NCBI RefSeq assembly: GCF_964204645.1
Contig: NC_134031.1
Span: 1,054,001 to 1,118,000, forward strand
Reading direction: 5' to 3'
Length of the DNA: 64,000 nt
Source: Tubulanus polymorphus
Taxonomy: Eukaryota > Animalia > Nemertea
Shown: one piece after another, positions 1 through 13,608 of the stretch
Layout of the letters: each line of letters opens with the position of its first letter
Position numbering within the stretch: the first letter of the stretch is position 1
Notes under the pieces: model-generated
The model's input: only the letters and a program-made list of their open reading frames with translations
Told to the model about the DNA's origin: nothing
Database searches by the model: none
Made by a program: the position numbers and the translations under genes

Positions 1-878
1 CATTGTACATAGATTCGTCTGCTGACATTTTGTGTGATTTGTATTGATTCAATGCTTAATCTTTGCCAGATCGGCGTCAGAGATCGGCGCTCGCGAACTG
101 GCAATGACAGTGATAATGGTATTTAGTGTACGGTTCCGCGATATCGCTAGCTAATTGCGCGCATTGACTGAGCGTGTGAAAATCTAATTTATGATTATTG
201 TCTCTCGCAGTCGGCATTATAGTCATAGATTTAATTAACGAGTAAATAAGTCATTCTGGGACCTTATCTTAACCTCTCTCTCTCTCTCTGCCTCACACTC
301 ATCGCCTTCCGCAGTGATTAGGGAAATGCCCATCGCGTATTGGAGGAGAGGACTGAATGCATCGTTTCTGAATTTTCTGAATTTTGGAACCCCTTATTAA
401 GATGAAGTGATTTACAAGTTCCACGGTTCAGAATCCAATTCAACGGTTCAGGGTCCAGTTCTACAGTTCTGGATTCAGTTCCATGGTTCGGGATCCAAGT
501 CTGAAACTCTGCTCTTGGTTAAGATTTGATTCAAACTTAATTGGAAAATTGTAGAACTACATCTGAAGTTCGTAGCTTGGGTTCTGATAATCAGTGAACA
601 TGAGAAAAATCCCACAATAATTCAGCCATAAGATGTAAAGTTATTGAGTCAAATCGCATATATTTTGAGCAGTTTCGGCTAAAAACTGTTTCGTCATCAT
701 CAGTGTTCAGCCGAAATGTTGCTCTAAATAATTTACGGATATTGTGTATCTCCGCGACTTATTCTATGAACATGTTTCCAACTCTTTTCAACTGTAATTA
801 ATTCAATATATTCTAATCATATATTTTCTGTGTCTTGTTCTATTTTCAGTACCTGTCAGACTACCGAATAGTTCCACA

Positions 879-1111
879 ATGATCGGAGCTGCTGGTAGCA
901 GACATGTCTCGCAGAGACGACGATCCTCACTTGCCAGCCTTCCGCCCACATCGCTCAATTTATTCCGCCAGAATTTGGGCGGGATCGCGGAAGGGGACGA
1001 GGAACAGGTCAAATTGCCGTCGATACCACGGCGTCGGGCTGTTGACCGGTCGGATTACCGAACATGCGCGTTACTTCAACAACAGCTGAAAAATATCAAA
1101 ACCTACCCAGA
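879..1111 (+). CDS. cac: Cav2 upstream coding exon 1a (long N-terminus MIGAAGSRHVSQRRRSS...RRRAVDRSDYRTCALLQQQLKNIKTYP-E)
   Basis: Acceptor ttctattttcag ends at 849, ATG at 879, strong phase-2 donor GA|GTAAGT at 1111/1112 joins in frame to the exon at 36613. From memory the peptide resembles long N-termini of arthropod cacophony proteins (not verified). Confidence 0.75.
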
Positions 1112-2115
1112 GTAAGTACTAACTTTAAATCATTAAAACCGCGCGATCACTTGAACGTTTTTGGCCGGTACCTGATTAGGCGCCCGGGCAACCGTTCACA
1201 GCCGTCCACAATGATGCTGAATGGGTCCTTGCGTGTTTGACATGCGATAAATTTAGCTCAACCAAAAACATCGGACGAGATCCGTGCCAAATTTGAGCAT
1301 TGACCGATTCATCGCGTGCGAATTCTCCGAACTGGATGCTGACTCCCCTCACTTGCCACAGCATCGTTTCGATATCATTTTAGTATCGAGTGAGTGATTT
1401 AAATGTGAACGCGCTCTCTAAAAAGGCACGAGCAGATTTTGACTCGGGTCTGGTCCGGAGCAGTTTGACCCTGGCTAAATCGTCTCCTTGTGATCGCCGG
1501 TTATATCTTATCGCACTGTGATAAATGTTATGTGGAAAGGAATGGCGACGGCGACGGCGACGGTCGGTCGGTCGGTCGGTCGGTCACTGCGTGCAGTGAG
1601 AATGAATATTTAGTTTTATGTATAACGTCAGCACTTGAACAGTTTCTCACGGCGAATGAAAAACACTTTCTGTGTTACTGGCGTCGACGACAACGAAATG
1701 AATTATTTTTTCCCTATTTACCGACATGACGTGGGTGACAAGTGGAGTGTGCGCGCCCAGCAGCAGCCGGAGCGCACACCGGCGGCACACACCGGCTCAC
1801 CGTCAGTGTCGAAACTATGGTAACCACCAGCAATTTATATCATTTAGCTTTGGCAGCACTAAAAAACCGCTGAGTCAATCCGTCACCAACCGAATGGACA
1901 CGCCCAACTGTAAGGATTAGCGTGAGGTTCAATGGCATATTGCGTGTTTCAATTCGAATTACTGGGTTTTTATGTTCTTTTGATAACTGAATCTAAGAGC
2001 GGGCGTCGCTTGTAGGGATCAGAGAGAGTTGTGGTCGGAGAGTAGGTGTTACTGAGGTGATGTTGTTATTCATGATTCATAAATGTACGAAAACAAGAAT
2101 AAGCAGAGGTTTCTT

Positions 2116-2389
2116 CCATTCCAGTGACCACTTATTGTAGTGTATCCAGTCACCCATTCCGGTGACCACTTACTGTTAGGGTATCGAGTCACCCATTCCG
2201 GTGGCCACTTACTGTAGGGTATCCAGTCACCCATTCCGGTGAACACTTACTGTAGGGTATCGAGTAACCCATTCCGGTGACCACTACTGTTAGGGTATCG
2301 AGTCACCCATTCCGGTGACCACTACTGTTAGGGTATCGAGTCACCCATTCCGGTGAACACTGCCTTGCTGTTAGGGTATCCAGTCACCC
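2116..2389. repeat. Minisatellite, about 7 copies of a 38-40 bp unit (CCATTCCGGTGACCACTTACTGTAGGGTATCGAGTCAC)
   Basis: Tandem copies seen directly. Confidence 0.92.
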
Positions 2390-5300
2390 CACGGTATAGT
2401 GGTTGATTTCGATTAAGTAAATTTCAACACTTGTTTTTTGCTAATATACAAGATTTTAACAAAATTATTAAATCAAAATTACAATGTGAGTAATACTGAG
2501 AGTAGGTATCAAAGCGATGTGATAATGTTGAATGAAGGACTGTTTTGAAGCAACAGTTCGATTATACAAATGAATGAAAGCAGCTCTCTCAGAAAATAAA
2601 AAGATTAGACTGAAAAGAAAGGGAAAGAATGACACAATACTGAACATACATTTCACTGATGTATGATGAGTCTCTATCGGGAATATAGCGATTGCAATTT
2701 ATGAAAGCCAAGATAATAATATGTTTAGATACTTTTATAAATTATCAACAAACACGTCGATGGTCGTTTTATCGATAAATTCAAAGCAAGATTCTGTGAG
2801 AAAATTCATCGAGGATGGTAGATGACAAGATGATCTATTCATTGATTGTGTCGAGTCGTTTATCTAGTGACGAGTTGTTTGATAATATCATTATCCCGGT
2901 GTATTCATATACACATTTCATCCTCCATCTTACACAAAACGCGTATCAGTGGTTGACATTCTATATAGTGTAGAAGACACCAATTGATCTAATGTCATTC
3001 ACGATTATTAGCAATAGCTAGTTTTTTCTGCCCTTTGATGAATTCGATCATTTCTTGCGAATGACATTTATCCAACCCTCCACCACACGATACACACCCA
3101 CATACATACATCCCTACTTTCTTTCGCTGCTCTTTTCTGATCTTAGATTATACTTTAGCTGTAATATATATTGAATGAACCAATTGAATTTAGATGAATA
3201 CATTATGGAACGGTAATTGTTGTTTTGGAAGGGTCTTCAGAATACACCTCGGGTAAGACTGGTTAGAAGAGCTTACTCCAATATTTGAGTTTGAACTCAG
3301 CGCTGTACCTCTGTCATTGATCGACGAGTATTAATGTCTCCGTCAGGGAACTGAGTCGACGGAAACTGTCGTACAGTCGTCACTAAGCCAGTGCGCTAGT
3401 ACTCGGCGAGAAGTTCAACCTGTTGCTGTATAGAGGGCATTGTATAATATTCACTGATACAAACGCGATGTCAATTCAGATACAAGACATTATCATAGTT
3501 AAAGGGTCGAACGACATGATCAGAATCCCTTTAAGATAATCGATGTATATATTCTTCTAGGAAAAAAACAATACATTCCAAGCGTCGCTTCATAATGGAA
3601 ATTCAAACTTCATTTGGCCGGTTTCAGGCGGTTTTGATCGAACTTCCGTGATTCCTTTTGTCCATGTGTCGACGTTCTGTATTATCTGCAGAATGACCAG
3701 ATCTGACAGTAAGCGGTCATTCTAGAACTATTGGACATTTGGCGACCACGAGTATCGTGACCGTCTCGTAGCGGACACGGTTCTAGCAGGCTGTCATGTC
3801 TATGAAGCTGAATCTTTGTGAAACGCGCATTTATTTCGGGATTCGATCGCTTAACAGAATTGATGCTTTAATTTTCAAAATACCGATTTGCTACCCGCAA
3901 GATGAATCAATCAGAAGATGATGATAAGTGAACGGCACTTGTAGAATAGCCCCTACACGACGAATCCCGCAGTATAGAAATTGAAAGATAAAAAACATAA
4001 ATTATTAGTAAAAAATTAAGATCAATAGATGCAAAGTTTCGGACTCTCTCTGGATTTCGTTTTTGATCTTTTTTCAATTTTTCAAATCGTGGGTTTTAAT
4101 GAAAATTGAATTTTGATAGAAATAAAAGTTTATAAAAGCACCCGATGACCTTTGGATAATGGGAAATCCTGAAATTGAATTTCAAATATATTCATTTTCA
4201 TCGCTATTATCACCGCGTGGAGATATATAACATTCATATCGCCAAATGGAGATTATCGGATTTTTTTTTCAACCCACGCACAATTATTATACGAGGTTAT
4301 GATATTATATTAGAGGCCGGAGGCGGCCGTGCCATCAAATCATCAAGTCACAAATAATTATACGGATAAATAGGAATTTGTAGCGTTATCCGAAACGACG
4401 CTTATAGTAATATATCATATAGTTCTGAATAATGGACGAAACGATGCTGTAGCTGCAGATCCCGGTTTATACTGCGTATAACCGCTATCATTCACATGAC
4501 TGGATAAAATTCAAAAACTTAATTTCACAAGTCGAATACTTTCAGACCCATTACTGAGGGAGATACGTTGGATTCCGAGTTCTGCTATTTTTGTCGAAGA
4601 AATGTTTTTGTAGACTTTCAGTCTTTTTATGGTAAATTTGAGAATAAGATTCCAAATGAAAAAATGTTATCTATTAAAAGTGAAGAGTCGAAATCAGAAA
4701 AAAATACTTATGATTTTATTATGGGAAAGTTACAAGTCGTTAGTATTCAGCTCAATGCTTATTGTGCCATATCAGTTTCGGAAGAAAATACCATTTTTCG
4801 ATGGTGTAAGAAGCCGACGATGGATCTATTTTTCCCCGTCTGGTGAGGCTCGGTATTATCCGCACAAATCCAGATTATTTTACATAATACCCGTGAGAAT
4901 GAACATCCGGTCAGCGCCGTAAACAAAATCATATCAGTCTAAAGAATGTTTCAACAAACAGAGGCGAGAAATCATAAAACTGCTCGTATAGCTAGGATTA
5001 ACGGACCGTGTCCGTGACATTCTCGAACTGGCTCTGGTAATTTCGATCATGCAGAAGTCGCCTACCTGCACGTCCTCGGTGACATCTTACATCGAAATGT
5101 TATAAATTTTAATTAGTGGCTGTGTATATTCGCGTCTGCGAGTCCCTAGAGCGAAACGGTCGTTGGGTACAGCCAACAACAGCAGCAGCAGCAGCAGTGG
5201 TGGTGGAGAAACCTGTGTTCAATGGTAATTGTGCGCGATCGAAGTTTAGCTGTAAATGCCAATTCGATTGAAAAATCGAATCTTTTACCGACATCTGAGG

Positions 5301-7123
5301 CTAAAAACATTCAAACCTCATTTCTCCTTGCTGCTGAGCTTATAAGTTGACCCGACCGATCTCCTATCTACGTCTATCTAGCTAACAATAACAGACCTCC
5401 GGCAGTTATAGAAATAGACTGATTACAAATTTTATTGCATTTTACAAAATAAATTAGGAGAAATAGGGTTTACAAAATTAGAAGAAACAAGGTTCATTTT
5501 TAGCCTTAACTGTTCAGCGACTTGAAATGAGATGGATGAAGTTGTAACATATTTTGCAGTGAATGTTTTTCCACGCGATGTCGCCGTATTTGATATACTG
5601 TATCGATACGTAGAGAGTGAGAGATTGCGATGTTAGTTGTAGTAATTATTCGATCGATCATACGAAAGGAAAAGGTTAATAATTGTATAGGAAAACCCAT
5701 TAACCGTATATGAAAAGTAGAGAAGATATTGCCGGAAAATGAACCCATGTCATTAATTGCTTATTGGGTCTGGTTCGCGAGAGTAAAACCTCTGAACTAA
5801 TAAGTGGGATAGACACATTTGGACGCTGAATGAATAATCATATTTATATATAAATACACGAGACTAGCTTCTGGTGCGTCTATTTTAGAGTAGGATTTGA
5901 TGAGATCGACTGAAGGGTTCTCCGCTCGTCCGGCGCGTTTCTAGTTATAGAGACAAGAGTTGCTGCCGATAGCCTAGTATCCATCGCGTCTCTCTGTGTT
6001 CATCAGATCCGAGCTTATCGGTGAAGATTGGCCCAGGAGCTTAGCTATCATTGAGCGAGGAGGCGCCGTTAATAAGGTGCTAATATCACTGATAATGAAA
6101 TCAGCGACTACCAGCACTGATTGCTGATGATGCGACAGTTATCAGTGAGTTGTCTTGTGTCAACTAACCCGACGCAATTGGTCGTATAATCAAGAGGCAT
6201 TCACGGAGTGACCTCGCCACTGCTGTCTGTTTACATAGATTGACAATGCGCAGGCGTCTCGAGTATCGATCAAATCAATTCCGAAATCTATTACGGGTGT
6301 CTTTCGATGGAAAATCTGGATCACCAGGTGTGGCCCCCCTCCCCTCCCCCTCCGACTATTACTCCCCCTCTCACACACCTATATGGTTTCAAAACTTCAT
6401 ATCATTAATACTAAATATTCGATCATACTCTCAATACTTCAGTATGGGGATCCCACCCTTGTAAACCCAGGGCTGACTTAGAGACCAACTAATATTTTTT
6501 TGCATATCCAGGAATGAACAGTTACCTCAACGACTTAAATACGAAAAAGGTTTGGGGTCGGTTAGCTTCGGTTAAAATGTTGTTAACTTCGGTAACTTTT
6601 CATTCCTCGACACATCATCGGCCAAAACCAATATTCATCCATCTCAGTTTATGCTTTACGGTATGGGTATAAATCCCATACCTCGCGGTTATGTTGACGT
6701 CACAGAGCGGAAGAGATCACAAACCCGGATGTACATTTATTACTTGTTTGTCAATGACATGAGGATTAAGCTACACGGCACAGCTTACATCAATCATACC
6801 TTCGACAACTTGTTGTACTGTTCACTTGTCTCGTATTCAAGATTATATCGTTGATTTACGATGAAATATTCGTGCGATCACGTTTTGATTTTTGCACTGA
6901 CATTTTTATCTCTCAACCGCGATATTTTACAGGTGCACGTGAAGAGGGGGGATTCTAGAAAAATCCGTTGGATCGATAATTTAAAATACACTATATCGAT
7001 TTAGATTCAAAATACTCAGAATCCAACGACTAAGATGACACAGTATATCCCTCTCCCGCTCTTTAACTGGGCATTTGTTAACCGTATATTTCATTCATTG
7101 TTTGGCAGCACAAGAATTAGTTG

Positions 7124-7169
7124 ATCCACCCATGGACGTATAAACTAGTTTATACGTCCATGATCCACC
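7124..7169. mobile_element. 32-bp perfect palindrome between 7-bp direct repeats (transposon footprint-like)
   Basis: ATCCACC-CATGGACGTATAAACTAGTTTATACGTCCATG-ATCCACC. Confidence 0.7.
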
Positions 7170-9204
7170 CAAGATCTATGATATACATTGATTTAGATAA
7201 GGAACTTATATCAAAGACTTAATTAGCTCAAATTTGACATTATCCCAACCCTTGTCACGCCTTAGGCCTTATTTCTCTAGTCTGATACGCCCGGTGTGTT
7301 GTTTCCGTAATTTCTCACGAAATCATCATCGTTGACATTTTCTTTTCGAAGTTACGGAATTCTAATTTCGAACTTTCAAATATTTGACTTGTTCGATTCC
7401 CCGGGGCTATCGAAACCGATTCATCAATTCACGGTCAAATTGGCGATTTCTGAGAGTGAGTTTGTACTATCGAAAATTGATGGTAAACACGTGTCGTGTG
7501 TTTGCGGTCGGCCGAATCAGTGAGTGATAAACCGCCGAACGGTTGTATCTGTAGAATGACGATTGTTGGGGAGTAACTGATGTCAGTGACACAGACACAC
7601 ATCGCGCGCAGTCACACAGGTCGAGTGAGAGTACAATAGCCGTCCGGTTGCGCAACCATCCTGAAACCATTTTACCAAACATCTACTGAGAATTAATGGA
7701 TGTGATATTTGTTGGAATGAGCGCTTAAACAATGATGCCTTGCCTCCAATTTGCGAAGCTATTTGCGCGCATCCGTGGTCATTAATGTACCGGCGTTTGG
7801 ATGCAGTTGCCGCTTATTGGAGAAATAAATAATAAAACGGAATGATCCGCTCTACCCGCGGTATAGGGAACAGCGGCCACTGGCTTCTAGAATAACCGGC
7901 CTAGCGTTTAGTGAATTAGTTTGAGAAGCGAATAAGCATCCGTACACCGCACGTCAGTATTTTCATCGACGCCATGGCTTATTTTAATAGGCTTATTAAT
8001 GCTGGAAGAAAAACCGACGGGGCTTTAATATAAATCTCATGCGGCGAACGGTTTTTGTGTTCCGTCATCGTGCGTAAAAGGACCGAGGTTTAATGAGTCT
8101 TTGACGGTTGTGTTACAGAGAGAGAGAAGTGGAGAGATACCGAACGCGTGTGTCTACCGTAGCCAAGATCTTGTGCGACACGCTATCGGCGTGGACCCGC
8201 TACTAACAATAACAACAAATCAAATCGAAGTCAATCGCGGTTCGTGAGACGCAAAGGTGAATTAAATAGTAATTGTGGCCGGGACTACATCGAGATACAT
8301 CATCTTCACCTCGACACGACTCAATCCGACGCGACTGTTTCACTGTTTCTGCATTCTGTGAATTCCACGTCGAAGACAGCGACAGAAATCAAGTGAAGAA
8401 AAGTTATAACTGAAATAACTCATCCGCGCGGATACTGGAAATATTTCAAACTATTGTTGATTGTACACTAACATCTGAAGAAAAGGATTTTAACGCGTGG
8501 TTTCAATCTGAGGTTTAGATTTGTTGTGTTTCAAGAGAACGTCAAGAGTGAGATATAGAAAGGAAAGATGTCCGGTTTAAGGAGAAAGAGAGCGACATCG
8601 ACGGGTCGAATGGGTTTTGATTTTGTAATGCTCGTCCAACTTCTCGGCAGGAAGAAAAGGTAAATATGTTAGGCTTTCCTCTCAAGTAATGTGTGAGGTG
8701 TGAGGGGCGGGCGGGGTGGATGTAGGGGTCGTGTGAAGCAAAGAGTTCTGTAAGCACACATTTTATGTTCGTTTGAAGTATTTGTTTACGAAACACTTTC
8801 TTCCTCGATTTTCTCTTTGCTTCGTTATTTTCAATGTCATCGAAATAAGAAAGAAAAGTTCTTAAACATATTTCTCAAAACGGTCCCGACAACATTTTGA
8901 GAATTGAATAGCAATACGTATCATTCATGTGGAATTAAGCCTAGCTAAATGTTTACATAATATGTTTCTAAATTGGAAACGGAATTTAATGAAAGCTAAA
9001 CTCATTTATTGACAGCTAATAAACGATTTCAACAACATTCTAAGTATAGAAATACTAAGCTCTACGACAAAGCGTGGCTTTTACGCATTTCTCTAATTGG
9101 AGACGGGATCTAATGAAAACCAAACACATTTATTGACAGTTTCGAGCACATTATCCGCGCATTATGAATCGCTGTTTGAGATTCGACTCAATAAGAGCGG
9201 TGGT

Positions 9205-9344
9205 GAATTCCGTGCATTTTAGAAGTAATACAATCCCTGGTGATTTAAATCTGTTTCCGGGACAGATTTCAACAGAATTCCGTGCATTTTAGAAGTAATA
9301 CAATCCCTGGTGATTTAAATCTGTTTCCGGGACAGATTTCAACA
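9205..9344. repeat. Perfect 70-bp tandem duplication
   Basis: GAATTCCGTGCATTTT...GATTTCAACA occurs twice, identically. Confidence 0.95.
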
Positions 9345-11469
9345 GTAATTTGTATGGTAATTACTAAGAATGCGGGATTCCGCGAGATTTCGCGAGATGA
9401 AGGGTTGTTGTAATTCGTGTGCGTAGTAATTAGTCACCATCAACATCACCGTCATCTTCACCGGGATGAACATAATAGCGATTCTCCTCTAGGCCGAAAA
9501 AATAATTGAAATCTTGCCAATCAAAATACTCGCCTTCGAAGGACACTCGCCTTATCCGAGGCTGTCATCTGCGCTTATGGAACATGATTAATTAGCAAAT
9601 GGCGAATACAGGTAACCAGCGAGAGAGAGTTTGCTGAGAGATACTGAGCGGCTTAATGTAACCCGGCTGAAAAAATACACCCAACATTGAAAACAAGTAC
9701 GAATAGGGAAGATCTATCGAAGCTATTGTCGGTGTTCGGATCCTGATCAGCAGATTCTATATTCGAGCATCTTTTCATATTCATTTTGTCTTTATGTTTC
9801 TGGACAAAACTTTCCGAATAGAATAGAATCGATTGAGATTACAGGCAGTTATCAAATCAGATAAAAACGTTGCTTTTGGTTTCCCAAGACTAACCGTATT
9901 GTATTGTTAATCTAATCTCGGCGGGACCACGGCATCGTTCGTTGCCAGCACGCTGTAAACAGCTTGACTTTTATGTCCCGATTCTTCATAGTTTTCCGGA
10001 GCCAATTTTCTTCTTCAGCAGTTTAAATGGAGAATAGCTAAAGGTCAATAGGTGCACTTTCGACCATCATGAAGACCGAATCGAACATTGTCTCTCCCCA
10101 CCTCCTCTCTCTCTCTCTCTCTCTCGCTATCTAACTCTCCATTGCTATTGCTATTCACATGTAATTACACTCAGCTAGTTCTCCAGCGGAATCAGTCTTA
10201 TATTGAAGGATAAATCGAAAATAACCGAGTGATAATAGCCTCGAATACCGGTCAGATTTATAATCGACTGAGGAAGCGGTCTTATTTGTATCGAATCGCG
10301 AGAATTACCCGAATGTATACAGCTGTGATAGTTGAAAAACATGTATCAAGAAATATCCAAGAATAACCAAATAAACTAGGACACAAGGGACAGAGGATCC
10401 TGAACAATCTATTGGATATATAACAATTATATTTGCAAAAAAGGCAGAAAATTTTGAGAGAAAAAATTTCTGGGAGAAGGGGACAACAGCGCCCTGCACC
10501 GCTAGGTGATTGAAATTTCCACAATTCGTGTCTACAAAAACTATTGATTTGAGTCATACATATTGCTATTTAGAAAATTTGTAATTTTTACATTTCACTT
10601 ACGGCAACTCGAAGGGAGTATGATGTATTTGTAGAATAGAAACAGTTTGAGTGAACTCGTCAACCTGAAACGCGCTCGCGTTTAAATCAATAAATGGCTA
10701 CTGGTGTTCACGCGTCTTGACTGAAACGTTTTAAAAACTCAATGAAAAGAAGCATTGGTTTAATTTCCTGACGGTGATGAGGTTTTTATTGATTGTCTTT
10801 GTGAGGTAGTGTAGCTCCACGCAGAGAGGAATCGCGTCTCAATGGAAACTGCACGGTGTCCGACCGTCGTGATCAGACTGGGAGAGGGAGGGGGCTACAT
10901 CGATATAAAAAATAACTACTACTCTTATACAAGATTAGATGATTTAAGCATAGTTAGACGCAGGGTTGTGCTGCGGACTGCGATCCGGTTACCGCAGGCT
11001 ACAGATGGACGACTGTACTGTATGTAGCTTGGTGAATATTTTGATGTAATCGTATTATCCGAAGCTTCGGTTTGCTCCCAATATTTCTACCAGGCCAATT
11101 GAATTACCGGCAACAAATTGCATTGACAATCGTCTAATGCGAAAGTATAAGTTATTGTATATATCATACACGCAGTTCATATCGGTCGGGAGCTGTTGGA
11201 CTGTGGGTGACCGGGTTTCTTAGACTCACGCCGAAATCAACGAATATTACTTACTGCTGACCCTCGCGTTCCAGTGGACGTTACAATAAGCAGCAAACAG
11301 TAGGCCCAGGGACTGTAATAATTCGCTTACGAAAACTTCAAATAATTTTGTTAATTAGTGTGGAAAATGCTTTGGGCAATAAACGTATCGAACTCGTGAA
11401 AACCTTCAAACTCATTAATTAGTTCCGAGCGAAGCCACATTCGCTAGTTCACATCATTACCATTGCAGG

Positions 11470-11730
11470 CCCGTGCAGGGTACGCTCCGAGTGCACACCA
11501 TGAACGTGACCGGTTGTAGGTGCGCTCCGAGTACTCACTGCCATACGTGACCTGATAGGACGCGCTCCGAGTTCTTGTCATGATACGTGACCGGGGAGGT
11601 GCGCTCCGAGTGCGAGGGCGTCCTCCGAATGACCACCAAGAAACATGAACTGGGCTGTACGCTCAGAATACAGGTACATGGCACCGTGATGGATCGCTCT
11701 GATGATCCAGTGGTGGTGCACTCCGAATAC
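11470..11730. repeat. Degenerate ~40-bp tandem repeat (GTGACC...CGCTCCGAGT)
   Basis: Recurring CGCTCCGAGT and CGTGACC cores. Confidence 0.65.
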
Positions 11731-13530
11731 ATTCTGACTCGGCATCAATCATTGATTTAAACGAGAGACTAAGAGATATTTGAATTCATCTCAATGTGTT
11801 GTGGTTACTTGCGCAGATGATGTCATTGATTTCAATAGGTCGACCGAAATATCGGCGTCTGCGGCTACGACGTCGCGTTGAGTGGACCCGATAGTTAATG
11901 TACCACGAGAAAGCTTGATAGAACGCGTGTAAACCGATGTTATTGGTTCCCATCGGAAAACAGACGAATACTGAACGATTCATGTTGACTTTGAACTTGG
12001 CAAAACCATTCTAAACCCCAGATAGCAACTGGCGTGGCGAGCGGCCTGGGAATATCTCAACGAATATCTTTAACGAACAAACGACGTTCCCGATTCGACT
12101 GTGGCAATCGAGGATCCACCAGGGGTCACTTGTGTGTATGCGGATAACGATATGTGAATTATTCCCAGATTCAATTTTAATCCATCCTTAATTTTCTAAA
12201 TTCTATGAATAATGGATACAAACTACATTTTCTATGGACCCTAAAGATAAATCTGAGTTGGGCACAATTGGCCTAAATTTTGGAATTAAATTAGGAGGCA
12301 AAAAAGCTGTAAGAAATGTCATTGAAGCATGTTTTATATCGACGAGTGTTGTCCTATCGATACACGCGCCATCTAGCGGGATAGCTGGTGACATGATCAC
12401 AATTTAGAAGCCAGTACTTGTTTTCGAATATTAAAGGTGCCCTTGTATAAAAAGAAATGTTCCGAGAATATTTCGTTTTCGTCGCGAGGATAAATATTAA
12501 TGTACCGTAGCACTTAATAATGAACGCATTATTCTGAACGATAGGAAATCTGTAGATTGAAGGACACCTCATAGTGTCTGCTTATAAACCACGCAGCAAT
12601 ATTTGTTCCAATTAACTAACTGAATTATGACGAATCGGCGGCTACTGGTTCCAGGCGGTTTATTAATACAAACTCAATAATTAAAATTCGATAATTAATA
12701 TTTGTAGTCGGAGGGAGTATACACTCTCGACTGTGCGTGAGAGATCCATTCAATACACACTGGAGGCATTAACCAGGAATTCCCAGTGATTCTATAGACC
12801 CGAGGGCCTGAGTTCTTACAGAACAACTTCACATTTCATTAGTCCTTGTAACACGATAGCGATGAAATTTTGAAATGTAACGACGTTCTATGAAACGAAC
12901 CCAGTTTAATTGGCAGCGCAGCGACTAGTTGCCCATTCAGTGCTTAGATCTAAGATCTATCTTATTTGTGTAGCTAATTTAACACTTATTAAGACCAGCC
13001 TTCAGATAAGATTTAAGAACACGTTAGGACTCGAGTCACGACTGTACGACTCGACCTAGGACTAACTAGGTAAACCGTAATGACTAATGATGATATCCCT
13101 TGTTGGTTTGTTAATAAGTTAAAGGGGATGACATACGGATAATGGTGATGTATACATCTTCCTCACCTGAGGGAGAATATTAATTAAACTTAAATGAAAT
13201 ATTTAGATACGTGAACTAATGACAAAAACTACCTCACAAACCACTAATGATTTGTAAATCAATTCCACTCATTGGTTGTTTAAGGACAGAAAGATTTTCG
13301 ACGACACGTATGGCTATTTGTCTCTCTATGGCTGGACACGTATGGCTATTTGTACCCTCTCTCACCGCCCCAGCTGAACGTGTGAAGCGCTGGTTTTGAA
13401 TACGACACGGTCGGTTCGTTGATGATGTTCGCTCCCACAGCGAGGAGACAGTGAGTAGATTCTGTATCAGTGCAGTGGTTTGTGAATAGATGGAGCAGTG
13501 ACTACAGATTGAACCAGTCGTCCACCACGA

Positions 13531-13608
13531 GCTGCTGCTGCTGCTGCTGCCGCTGCCGCTGCCGCTGCCGCCGCCGCCGCCGCCGCCTCCGCCGCCGCCG
13601 CCGCCGCC
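13531..13608. repeat. Compound (GCT)n/(GCC)n trinucleotide repeat
   Basis: Seen directly. Confidence 0.95.

Noticed and set aside
2116-2389. CRISPR-like regular repeats (also 23390-24290)
   Set aside because: No unique spacers, no cas genes, eukaryotic intron; these are ordinary tandem repeats.
8100-8520. Possible additional non-coding first exon or promoter
   Set aside because: UTR-like texture only; the donor (GAG|GTTTAG) is weak and nothing else supports it.
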